NCBI GenBank assembly: GCA_002391545.1
Contig: DGFF01000011.1
Span: 1 to 51,828, forward strand
DNA: 51,828 bases
Origin: Candidatus Fermentithermobacillaceae bacterium UBA3907
GTDB lineage: Bacteria > Bacillota > Sulfobacillia > Fermentithermobacillales > Fermentithermobacillaceae
Reading direction: 5' to 3'
Shown: positions 37,040-45,446 of the stretch, piece by piece
Layout: the number at the start of each line of letters is the position of its first letter
Numbering within the stretch: position 1 is the stretch's first letter
Made by a program: the position numbers and the translations under genes
Notes under the pieces: model-generated
What the model was told of the DNA's origin: nothing
Database searches by the model: none
The model's input: the letters and a program-made list of their open reading frames with translations, nothing else

Positions 37040-37861
37040 CTACTTAATCTGCCGCCAAAAGGTTTGTTTCAAAATAGGTTCGTAGAATATCCGACCCTTG
37101 TCAGCAGTTTTCTGACTCAGAAACGCTCCTCTTATTATATCAACGTCTTCTGAGATCTGTGAAATATTATTAACCAAATAATCGGCGAAGAAGCCGGAAA
37201 ATTCGTCTTCGCTAACTTGCACTATAGTTCGGATCTCACTTTGAGTGATGCTTTCGAATACCTCGATGGCCGCCTCAAGTATTTTTTCTCGTTGTCTAGA
37301 ATAATTTTTGAAATAAAGCTCAATAGATGAAACTCTCCCTGCTTCAGCTGCATCTTGCAGTTTGAGAAGAAATCTATAAACGTTTTGGCAACGAGGGTCC
37401 AAACTAGCTCCAAAATCGAACCAGACTGGAATTCCAGACACCATGTACATGTTTCTATCTCCGTCATCCCAATTTCTGACCAAAATGTCCAACACGATCT
37501 GGTATCCCATGGCTGTCTCAGGGTCTTTATGGGGAAGTGTATCCGGAGTGTATTGGTATGCTGCCCTGGAGAAGTAGAATTCAGGGCCTACCATTTCTTG
37601 TAGCATTTCAAATTCTTCAAAAGTAAGATGCATTTCGTGGGCTAGTTTTACGGTGACAACGTTGCATCGTCCTAGCCCCAGCAAACTCACGATTTTTTCG
37701 ATAGGGCCGTAACTAAAGAATCTCTCAGGCACAAGCAATTTTTGCGATGTGCGCTCAGTTACAGGCGGTATAGATGGAGGAAAGTGTTGTTTTACGTAGT
37801 ATATTTCACCATCTGAGGTTATGTACTTTACCATGCCTCGCTCTATCTCAATTGTGCCCAT
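37040..37861 (-). CDS. Hypothetical protein with atypical-kinase-like motifs
   Basis: No family recognised with certainty. LVRNWDDGDRNMYMV followed by IPVWFDFGASL resembles a catalytic-loop plus DFG arrangement. Preferred start is ATG 37861 (GGAGGA 11 nt upstream). The ORF track starts at TTG 37897. Confidence 0.4.
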   Translation of the reverse strand: MGTIEIERGMVKYITSDGEIYYVKQHFPPSIPPVTERTSQKLLVPERFFSYGPIEKIVSLLGLGRCNVVTVKLAHEMHLTFEEFEMLQEMVGPEFYFSRAAYQYTPDTLPHKDPETAMGYQIVLDILVRNWDDGDRNMYMVSGIPVWFDFGASLDPRCQNVYRFLLKLQDAAEAGRVSSIELYFKNYSRQREKILEAAIEVFESITQSEIRTIVQVSEDEFSGFFADYLVNNISQISEDVDIIRGAFLSQKTADKGRIFYEPILKQTFWRQIK

Positions 37862-38135
37862 ATATAGCGATATCCTCCAGAGAGCTGCATTACGCAACTG
37901 CCATGAACTGCGCCACCCATTCCTCGTAGCATGTACATTCTAACATAAATAAATAGTATTAAATTGTCGTGCCCAAACTGGTGGCTAAAATTTGTAGCAC
38001 AGCCGTGAAAAAATATGTATATGCGCCATATTTGTAATATACTTAATACTAAGTATGCGGGGAAATATTTTGTCCATGAATCAAATGGCACATGCAGGTA
38101 ACAGTTGGTATAGGGGTATAGGGGGGAATAGGTAG

Positions 38136-39038
38136 ATGGGATGCACTCAATGCCCTCGGTATTGCAATGTAGATCGTTCCCAAGGAGAGTTGGGTTTTTG
38201 TAGAAGAGGAATGCTTCCCGAGGTCGCCATGGCAGACCTTCATTTCTGGGAAGAACCGTGTATTTCGGGGAGTAATGGTTCTGGCGCAGTGTTTTTTTCT
38301 GGGTGCAATTTATCATGTGCGTTTTGCCAGAATTACCAAATAAGCCAAAGCGGTCGCGTTGGTAGGGAGTACAGCGTGGAAGCGCTGGCGAGCATCTTTC
38401 TTATGCTCGAGGGTCGGGGAGCCCACAATATAAACCTTGTTTCTCCGACTCATTTCTCCGAAAAAGTAGCCGAAGCCATTCGGCAAGCCAGGAATATGGG
38501 CCTTAAGATACCGTTTATCTATAATTCCAACGGGTATGAATCACTTGAAACTTTGCAGATTATGGACGGACTTATAGACGTATATCTTCCAGACTTAAAG
38601 TATTTTTCTGATGAAATCGCAAGAAAGTACTCTTCTGCTCCTTCTTACTTTGAGCACGCTTCAAAAGCTATCCTAGAGATGTCAAGGCAGGTCGGGATTC
38701 CCCAGTTTGATGAACAGGGTGTGATTCAGAGGGGCCTAATTGTTAGACATTTGGTTTTGCCAGGGCAGATTGAGGATTCGAAAAAGGTTCTGCGGTGGAT
38801 TAAAGAAGAACTGCCTGAGGGAACCTATGTGAGTTTGATGGCACAGTACTGTCCGGTGCATAGAGCAAAGCAGTATCCGGAGATAAATAGGACTCTTACA
38901 TGGCGAGAATATGATGAGATAGTAAAAGAACTTTATGACTTAGAATTGGAGGATGGCTATATTCAGGAACTTGCATCTGCAAATACTGAGTTCATACCAG
39001 ATTTCGGAGTTGAGGCGCACGAACCGAATGTGATGTGA
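38136..39038 (+). CDS. Radical SAM protein (PflX-like, homologous to pyruvate formate-lyase activating enzymes)
   Basis: N-terminal Cys motif CPRYCNVDR...GFC and the radical SAM cluster motif CNLSCAFCQN. 300 aa. Confidence 0.8.
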   Translation: MGCTQCPRYCNVDRSQGELGFCRRGMLPEVAMADLHFWEEPCISGSNGSGAVFFSGCNLSCAFCQNYQISQSGRVGREYSVEALASIFLMLEGRGAHNINLVSPTHFSEKVAEAIRQARNMGLKIPFIYNSNGYESLETLQIMDGLIDVYLPDLKYFSDEIARKYSSAPSYFEHASKAILEMSRQVGIPQFDEQGVIQRGLIVRHLVLPGQIEDSKKVLRWIKEELPEGTYVSLMAQYCPVHRAKQYPEINRTLTWREYDEIVKELYDLELEDGYIQELASANTEFIPDFGVEAHEPNVM

Positions 39039-39102
39039 TATTATTTTACTTAACAGCCCTTTGATACATAGTTGGGTTGTTTTCTCGAGGAGGTGGGCGG
39101 GA

Positions 39103-39891
39103 GTGAACAAGATAGCGAAGCTGGCATTGATTCTTGCGTTCATATGCGCGCTATCCGGTTTGGGATTAGCTGCAGTTTACAATACGACGAAACCCATCAT
39201 TGAGCAGCGTGCCGAGGAGGACCTTATCAACGCGGTCAAGGAGGTTTTGTCCGAAGCCACTGAGATAGAGCAGCATGAAGAAGACGGGGTAGTGTACTGG
39301 ATAGGAAAGGCAAACGGGAAAATAATCGGCGCCGCTATGGAGGTAGAGTCTCATGGCTACGGCGCTGAGCCCATAAAAATGATGGTCGGAATAGATTCCG
39401 AAGGAAAGGTAACTAAAGTCAAAATTATGTCCTTATCGGAAACTCCAGGCATAGGCAGTCGCGTCAATAGCGAAGAGTTTTTATCTCGGTTTAGCGGAGT
39501 AGATAACCCGGCCAAGGTAGAAGGTATTTCTGGGGCTACAGTATCTTCCGGCGCAGTTAAGGGAGGAGTTGCCAGCGCTGTAGAGTTCCTGAAAGCGATT
39601 GTTGCGCCAGAAGAAGAGCCGATAGATATAGGGTTGGTCGCCGACGGTACGTATGAAGGAATAGGAGAGGGATTATTTGGACCGATAAAGGTATCTGTCA
39701 CGGTTCAGGGAGGAAAAATCATCGAAGTAAAAGTGATAGAACATAGTGAGAGCGAAGGAATAGCTGACCCTGCAATTTCAGGTATTCCAAAGGCTATAGT
39801 TGAAAAACAACAGTTAGATGTGGATGTAGTTTCAGGTGCGACTTTTACGAGCAAAGGCATTATTGAGGCGGTAAAAAACGCGTTGAAATAG
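39103..39891 (+). CDS. Membrane-anchored RnfG/NqrC-like protein with two FMN-binding domains
   Basis: N-terminal TM anchor. GYGAEPIKMMVGIDSEGKVTKVKIMSLSETPGIG ... ISGATVSS forms the first FMN_bind domain with an S/TGAT flavinylation motif. A second VVSGATFTSKGI follows. Preferred start is GTG 39103 (GAGGAGGTG 7 nt upstream). Confidence 0.75.
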   Translation: MNKIAKLALILAFICALSGLGLAAVYNTTKPIIEQRAEEDLINAVKEVLSEATEIEQHEEDGVVYWIGKANGKIIGAAMEVESHGYGAEPIKMMVGIDSEGKVTKVKIMSLSETPGIGSRVNSEEFLSRFSGVDNPAKVEGISGATVSSGAVKGGVASAVEFLKAIVAPEEEPIDIGLVADGTYEGIGEGLFGPIKVSVTVQGGKIIEVKVIEHSESEGIADPAISGIPKAIVEKQQLDVDVVSGATFTSKGIIEAVKNALK

Positions 39892-39915
39892 GTCCATGAT
39901 GTAAGCGCAATCGTA

Positions 39916-39944
39916 CCCCGGGCATCCGGGGTTTTTTTATTTTC
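39916..39944 (+). terminator. Rho-independent terminator
   Basis: CCCCGG-GCAT-CCGGGG hairpin (39916-39931) followed by TTTTTTTATTTT. Confidence 0.8.
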
Positions 39945-39946
39945 TC

Positions 39947-39975
39947 TTGACTTCCACTTTTGGTGATATTACTAT
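39947..39975 (+). promoter_or_regulatory. Sigma-A type promoter of the imuB-like/dnaE2 operon
   Basis: TTGACT (39947-39952), 17-nt spacer, TACTAT (39970-39975). Confidence 0.55.
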
Positions 39976-39984
39976 TTATTTGAG

Positions 39985-39998
39985 CGAACAAATGTTCT
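39985..39998 (+). promoter_or_regulatory. LexA (DinR) SOS box, Cheo-box type
   Basis: CGAACAAATGTTCT matches 13 of 14 positions of the Gram-positive consensus CGAACRNRYGTTYC. It lies 10 nt downstream of the -10 element and 19 nt upstream of the ATG at 40017. Confidence 0.75.
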
Positions 39999-40016
39999 AT
40001 AAAGCAGGTGATCCCC

Positions 40017-41330
40017 ATGAGAGATGTGTATTATTTTAAATTCATAGGCGCAAGAACACGTCAAGAAAAGGCTGATAGCGCTGCTCACTCTAGATTCCCT
40101 ACTGCTGTGGCTTTTCAGGATATTATCTTAGATTGTGACGAAAAGGCTTTTAAAGAAGGAGTAAGGCCTGGAGATACTGTTAGACAAGCTCAATTGGCTT
40201 CACCTTCATGCCAAATAATTATAACTTCCGATAAAAGTCCCTATGTGTTAACCAGCGTAATCGACGTGCTATCTTCTGTAACTTTATTTGTTGAACTTGA
40301 TGAAAGAGATTGCGGGGTGTTTCTGCAGGACCCAGATAAACCCTTAACCGAAGTGCTCTCTCTTTTAGACGGCATGTTCGACATGGCCATTGTTACCAAA
40401 AGCAGATCTAAATTCCTAACAAAATGTTCTTCTATTTGGGTATCCCAAAAGGTATTTAAGGGACATAAGATATTATCTTCTAAGAAATCATGGGGACGCA
40501 TTGAAGTAGGTAACAATTACATTTTAGTAGATGTGGAACAAGGAAAGGAAAAGACCTTTCTAGCAAATATGCCCCTTGCTCTTCTGTGGCCCTTACCGCC
40601 AGATGTAATATCTATTTTATATTCCTTGGGCTTTAAAACTTTTAAGGATCTACAGCAAATTTCACCTTCTCAGTTAACTTATCAAATTGGAGATTGGGCG
40701 CATACGGTTATTAACTGCGTAAATGGTGAAGATATTTCACTAGTAAATCCGCTTACCGCGAAACTATGTATAGAAAAAATCGTGGAACTTGAAAATATGG
40801 ATTTAGATAAGGCGCTAAAAGAGGTCGCCGAAGAGTTTGCACAAAATGGCCTAGGAGCTAAACACATAACTGTAACTTTGGCAGGGGATTTTCCGCCTGT
40901 TGTGAGAGAAAAGAAATCGATTCGTCCTTTATACAGTTTTGAATCGTTAAAAAGTGTCGTGTCCAATCTAATCCAAGAGGTAGCTAACGATCTTGGTAAC
41001 TTCTCTTTTCGCAAGCCATCGACTGTTTCTATTTTCTTCAGAGATATTGAACAAGTATCGGTGAGACAAATGTTTTTAATGGAACATTTCACTGGTAATC
41101 GAGAGAACCGGCGCTTAGACTTGGGTAATTCTGAAGCGTCAGTTTCTTTGGAATCTGTCCTTTCAGATATAGAGAAAAAGTACGGGGAGTCGGTTCTGGC
41201 ATGGGGATGGGAGTGTGAACAGAAACAAAGTGATGTTTTCAGGCCAGAAATTTTGCGGCGCGAGAAGATGCTATCTTTTTGGGATCCTACTAGGTTTAGG
41301 GAAGGGGGAGAGTTTACGTGTCCAAGGTGA
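40017..41330 (+). CDS. imuB: ImuB-like Y-family DNA polymerase homologue lacking the catalytic acidic motif
   Basis: The Y-family thumb/HhH-like block MPLALLWPLPPDVISILYSLGFKTFKDLQQISPSQL is present. The N-terminus has no DxD...FFASVE-type motif. The gene sits directly upstream of dnaE2 behind an SOS box. ATG 40017 (AGGTGA 5 nt upstream) is preferred over GTG 40008. Confidence 0.6.
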   Translation: MRDVYYFKFIGARTRQEKADSAAHSRFPTAVAFQDIILDCDEKAFKEGVRPGDTVRQAQLASPSCQIIITSDKSPYVLTSVIDVLSSVTLFVELDERDCGVFLQDPDKPLTEVLSLLDGMFDMAIVTKSRSKFLTKCSSIWVSQKVFKGHKILSSKKSWGRIEVGNNYILVDVEQGKEKTFLANMPLALLWPLPPDVISILYSLGFKTFKDLQQISPSQLTYQIGDWAHTVINCVNGEDISLVNPLTAKLCIEKIVELENMDLDKALKEVAEEFAQNGLGAKHITVTLAGDFPPVVREKKSIRPLYSFESLKSVVSNLIQEVANDLGNFSFRKPSTVSIFFRDIEQVSVRQMFLMEHFTGNRENRRLDLGNSEASVSLESVLSDIEKKYGESVLAWGWECEQKQSDVFRPEILRREKMLSFWDPTRFREGGEFTCPR

Positions 41331-41557
41331 TAGACCAGCCTGTTCTAATGGTAGTTGAAGATGGAGAACCTAAACGATTCTTTTGGATAAAAAAATGGGT
41401 GAATGTAAAAGATGTGGTAGATAAATGGAGCGAATCTGGGCGATGGTGGGATGAAGAAAGAGAAAAGACGTTTTACAGGGTTTTAGGGGGCGAAGGCGGA
41501 GTATATGAGATTTACTTCGATAATAAACATTGGAAACTTTACAAGGTGTTTGACTAA
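41318..41557 (+). CDS. Small Trp-rich protein of the mutagenesis cassette (79 aa)
   Basis: GTG start with GGGGGAG 7 nt upstream. It overlaps the imuB-like stop by 13 nt and ends 2 nt before dnaE2. 6 Trp in 79 aa (FFWIKKW, GRWWDEE). Confidence 0.6.
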   Translation: MSKVIDQPVLMVVEDGEPKRFFWIKKWVNVKDVVDKWSESGRWWDEEREKTFYRVLGGEGGVYEIYFDNKHWKLYKVFD

Positions 41558-41559
41558 AT

Positions 41560-44500
41560 ATGTTTACCCATCTTCATGTTCATAGCCCTTTTTCCTTTTT
41601 AGACGGGGCATCGAGCATAACGGAACTTGTAACAAAAGCGGCGGAGATAGGGATGACTTCGTTAGCTATTACCGATCATAACAACGTTTCAGGTGCAGTA
41701 AGGTTCATCAAAGCCTCACGCGAAGCAGGCATAAAACCTATAATCGGATGCGAAGTTACTATGGAAGGCGGTTTCCACCTTACTTTGCTGTGTAAAAATG
41801 ACGCAGGTTATAGAAATCTTTGCAGTATTTTGACTGATGCGCATTTATCCAATAAACGTGGACAGCCTGAGGTAAGTTTAACTTCTTTGGCCCTTCACAA
41901 AGAGGGACTTTTTGTCCTTTCAGGATGTAGGAAGGGACTAATCCCTTCTTTGATCTTGCAAAAAAGATTCAAGGAGGCTTTAGAAATAGCCCAAGATTAC
42001 AAAAATGTTTTTGGGAAGGAGTCGTTTTTTATTGAAGTTTCTGAGTCTCTTCTCCCAGGTTCTATGAGCCTGAATAGAAATCTTTGGCAATTGGCTGACA
42101 TTGTGGATTTACATAGTGTTGTAACAAACAATGTGCATTACGCCGAAAAAGAAGATTTCAAAATTCACGATATTTTAACCTGTATCCGCACGTCAACCAA
42201 ACTAGAAGATGTCCATCCAGAAAGACGCCTTAATAGGGAAAACTATTTGAAGACAGAAATGGAGATGGGAATAGAACATGCAGATTATTGCGAGGGCCTC
42301 CACAATTCCTGGGCTTTAGCCAAAGAATGTGAATGCCCTTTAGAATTAGGCACGCCGAATTTCCCTGCTTTTGACTACTATGAAGGATTCAGTTCTGCAA
42401 GTCATTTTTTGCGTCATCTAGTGTATCTAGGGGCGGAGCAACGTTACGGAAAAGTGACGTCTGATATAAAAGCGCGGTTGGACCGGGAATTAAACGTAAT
42501 AAATCATTTGGGCTACGCAGATTATTTTTTGGTAGTATGGGATCTTGTGAAATTTGCTACAAGATGTGGTATTCGGCATGCAGGAAGAGGCTCAGCTGCC
42601 GATTCTGCAGTGGCGTATTGCCTTGGCATCACCGATGTAGATCCTATTGCCCAGAACCTTTTATTTGAAAGGTTTATGAGTCTTGAGCGAGGGGAAAAAC
42701 CTGATATCGACATCGATTTTGATGCAAGGCGAAGAGACGAAGTTACAGCGTATGTGTACAGCAAGTACGGGGATGAACATGTGGCGTCAGTAGCTACATA
42801 CAATACTTTTCAAGGTCGTTCGTCCATTAGGGAAGTAGGCAAGGTTATGGGGTATTCCCCTGACGAGATAGACTTAATAGCAAAACGTCTACCTCATGTT
42901 CCTGGCTATATGCTGGAAAATGTATTCAAAACATTGCCTGAACTGAAAAACTTAGATATTCCTGAAAAAAGGCTTAATGTTCTTGTTGAAACTGCATCGA
43001 AGCTTAGCGGTTTACCACGATATCTAGGTACTCATCTAGGTGGAGTAGTTATCTCTAGGAATCCTATTACGCAGTTTTCACCGTTAGAGAAGTCGGCCAA
43101 AGGGGTCAAAATATTGCAGTTTGATAAAGACGATGTAGAAGATTTGGGACTTGTGAAAATCGACCTCTTGTCTTTAAGAACTTTAGGCGCAGTTGAAGAT
43201 TCACTGAGGTTTGCCGGAACTGGTTCGGGACTTGATTATGATGGTATACCCCTAGACGACCCAGACACTTTTAACAGGCTAAAGTCTGCAGATACTGTAG
43301 GTATTTTCCAATTGGAAAGTCCTGCTCAAAGGGGACTTCAAGGGAGGCTAGAGGCTGAAAACATAGAAGACGTAGTAGCAAGCGTGGCGCTGATAAGGCC
43401 GGGGCCGATCAAAGGCAATATGGTCGAACCTTTTATAAAACGTCGCAAAGGGGAAGAAGAAGTAAAATATTTGGACCCGCGCCTTGAAGGGATTTTGGGA
43501 AAAACGTACGGGGTAATATTGTTTCAAGAACAAGTTATTGAAATCGCTTCAACTATTGGAGGATTTACCCCAGGGGAAGCAGACAATTTGCGAAGAACCA
43601 TGACACACGGTAGATCTGTTGAGGAAATGGAAAAGATAGGTGAAACCTTTATTGAAAGGGCGGTGCAAAACGGAGTCCAGGAAGAAGCTGCTCGCGAGAT
43701 ATTTGAGTGTATGAAAGGATACGCAAGTTACGGTTTTTGTGAAGCCCATGCCCGGGCTTTTGCCACTACTGCTTACAAAACAGGTTACCTGATTCAGCAC
43801 TATCCCGCCGAATTCTACGGAGCTATATTAAATAACCAACCTATGGGGTTTTATCCTGTATCTACTGTATGTGTTGAAGCTGAAAGGCATGGCGTAGAAA
43901 TCCTAGGTCCTTCAGTGAATCAGTCGGAAAAAGAGGTTTCAGTGAAGGGAAACGGCATTCGCATTCCGTTTAAAATGATAAAGGGAATGACCGAAAGAGC
44001 CATGGAATCAATAATTTCTGAAAGGGAAAAGGGAGGGAAGTTTAGTTCCGCAAATGATTTTATGAAACGAGTGAAGTTAGATAAAGATATTATGCGAAAT
44101 CTTATCTTATGCGGTGCGTTTGATGAATTTGGGGTTTTTCGGAGAACCCTTTTATGGCAATGCAAAGATTTGTATCTTGCCGATAGTAGTGGGCAGAAAG
44201 AAACTTTGGTCGAACCTTCTTATTATGAATATCCAAATATTTCTGAGGCAGAGTTTTCTTTAGAAGAGAAAGTATCTTACGAGTATGAAATACTTGGGTT
44301 TGGAATTTCTGCCCATCCTATGGAAATATGGAGAGATAAACTCAAAGAGAAAGGATTCACGTCTAGCCAAGAGATTTGCATGGTTAAAGCAGGTGACTTT
44401 GTCAAAGTTGGAGGCATTCCTGTGAGACCTCATAGACCTCCTACGAAAAGCGGAAGGACTGTAGTATTTCTTTCTCTAGAAGATGAGTGCGGATTAGTGG

Positions 44501-44658
44501 ACGTAACGTGTTTCGAACAGGTATATGCCAAGTATGGAGAATTTCTGTTTCCAGGGGAACGTTTGCCTTTAGGGATATGGGGTCAAGTTCAAAAGCGCGG
44601 TAACACGTTTTCCATAGTAGCTAAGACCGTGTTCCCTCTGTCGTATGTCCTGTCTTAA
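41560..44658 (+). CDS. dnaE2: Error-prone DNA polymerase (DnaE2-type Pol III alpha homologue)
   Basis: N-terminal PHP motif HLHVHSPFSFLDGAS...AITDHNN and Pol III alpha core (GRGSAADSAVAYCLGIT, PDIDIDF, FQLES). The 1032-aa length and the SOS-box/imuB-like context fit DnaE2 rather than the replicative DnaE. Confidence 0.82.
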   Translation: MFTHLHVHSPFSFLDGASSITELVTKAAEIGMTSLAITDHNNVSGAVRFIKASREAGIKPIIGCEVTMEGGFHLTLLCKNDAGYRNLCSILTDAHLSNKRGQPEVSLTSLALHKEGLFVLSGCRKGLIPSLILQKRFKEALEIAQDYKNVFGKESFFIEVSESLLPGSMSLNRNLWQLADIVDLHSVVTNNVHYAEKEDFKIHDILTCIRTSTKLEDVHPERRLNRENYLKTEMEMGIEHADYCEGLHNSWALAKECECPLELGTPNFPAFDYYEGFSSASHFLRHLVYLGAEQRYGKVTSDIKARLDRELNVINHLGYADYFLVVWDLVKFATRCGIRHAGRGSAADSAVAYCLGITDVDPIAQNLLFERFMSLERGEKPDIDIDFDARRRDEVTAYVYSKYGDEHVASVATYNTFQGRSSIREVGKVMGYSPDEIDLIAKRLPHVPGYMLENVFKTLPELKNLDIPEKRLNVLVETASKLSGLPRYLGTHLGGVVISRNPITQFSPLEKSAKGVKILQFDKDDVEDLGLVKIDLLSLRTLGAVEDSLRFAGTGSGLDYDGIPLDDPDTFNRLKSADTVGIFQLESPAQRGLQGRLEAENIEDVVASVALIRPGPIKGNMVEPFIKRRKGEEEVKYLDPRLEGILGKTYGVILFQEQVIEIASTIGGFTPGEADNLRRTMTHGRSVEEMEKIGETFIERAVQNGVQEEAAREIFECMKGYASYGFCEAHARAFATTAYKTGYLIQHYPAEFYGAILNNQPMGFYPVSTVCVEAERHGVEILGPSVNQSEKEVSVKGNGIRIPFKMIKGMTERAMESIISEREKGGKFSSANDFMKRVKLDKDIMRNLILCGAFDEFGVFRRTLLWQCKDLYLADSSGQKETLVEPSYYEYPNISEAEFSLEEKVSYEYEILGFGISAHPMEIWRDKLKEKGFTSSQEICMVKAGDFVKVGGIPVRPHRPPTKSGRTVVFLSLEDECGLVDVTCFEQVYAKYGEFLFPGERLPLGIWGQVQKRGNTFSIVAKTVFPLSYVLS

Positions 44659-44693
44659 AAGCTCAAACCCCCCGCTTATTATGAAAAACTATC

Positions 44694-45266
44694 TTATTCG
44701 ACGACGTCAACAGGTTTTTTGACATAAGTAGTTATTCTAGTATCCCCGTATTTGTAAGTCTTTTTCACCTCTAAGGCTCCAGAGGATTCAAAGGGTGTCT
44801 CTCCTGTTGACTGCTGCAGAACCACGATACCGCCTGGTTTTAAGAGGTCTCCCGATGATATTTTTTTCATAGTGGAGATGTCCAATCCTGTAAAGTAAGG
44901 CGGAGCCACAATGATAATATCAAAGGTCTTTCCTGCTTTTTTCAGCTGGTCTATGGTATCCAAAACGTCAGCGCGTATGACTTTAACTTGGTCCTGTAAT
45001 CCCATTCGCGCAGCGTTTTTCGTTATGACCTCTATAGCTTTTGGGTTTTTGTCAATAAGCACTGAGGTCTGGGCCCCCCGAGAAATCAATTCAAAAGAAT
45101 AACTGCCTGTGCCGGCGTAAAGGTCTAATATTTCGGCTCCTTCAGTGTAGTGTTGAAGGATATTTGCTACTGCTTCCCTAACCCTTGCAAGGGGTGGTCT
45201 AGTTTTTTCACCAGGCACAGATAAAATATTTCTTCCCGACAAATATCCACCGGTGATTTTGAGCAT
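44694..45266 (-). CDS. rsmD: 16S rRNA (guanine966-N2)-methyltransferase
   Basis: MLKITGGYLSGR N-terminus, SAM motif DLYAGTGSYSFELISRGA and the substrate motif variant VAPPY. ATG 45266 (GAGGTG 9 nt upstream) is preferred over GTG 45278. Confidence 0.85.
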   Translation of the reverse strand: MLKITGGYLSGRNILSVPGEKTRPPLARVREAVANILQHYTEGAEILDLYAGTGSYSFELISRGAQTSVLIDKNPKAIEVITKNAARMGLQDQVKVIRADVLDTIDQLKKAGKTFDIIIVAPPYFTGLDISTMKKISSGDLLKPGGIVVLQQSTGETPFESSGALEVKKTYKYGDTRITTYVKKPVDVVE

Positions 45267-45319
45267 GTGATCTAGCACCTCATTCCTTTCTTATCGCTCA
45301 TGTGTTTCTCAGCATTATA

Positions 45320-45347
45320 TTACAATGCTTCTGCCTGATGTTATAAT
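45320..45347 (+). promoter_or_regulatory. Putative sigma-A promoter with extended -10
   Basis: TTACAA (45320-45325), 16-nt spacer ending in TGT, TATAAT (45342-45347). It leaves a leader of about 100 nt before the ATG at 45447. Confidence 0.5.
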
Positions 45348-45446
45348 ATACATAGATGCGAAATATATCGATTACACAATTTCTCACTTGTTACAGAACA
45401 AACACATCAAACTTGAAGATATTTTCCCAACGAGACGGAGGCAATT

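Noticed and set aside
38108-38130. Short direct repeat GGTATAGGGG / TATAGGGGGG just upstream of the radical SAM start
   Set aside because: There are only two imperfect copies of about 9 nt next to the SD. That is too short to call a repeat element or operator. The G-runs do not form a canonical four-tract G4 motif.
37843-38316. 157-aa minus-strand ORF spanning the 37.9-38.1 kb intergenic region and the start of the radical SAM gene
   Set aside because: It overlaps two better-supported genes at both ends. It has an implausible composition and no SD. The region is better explained as a divergent promoter region.
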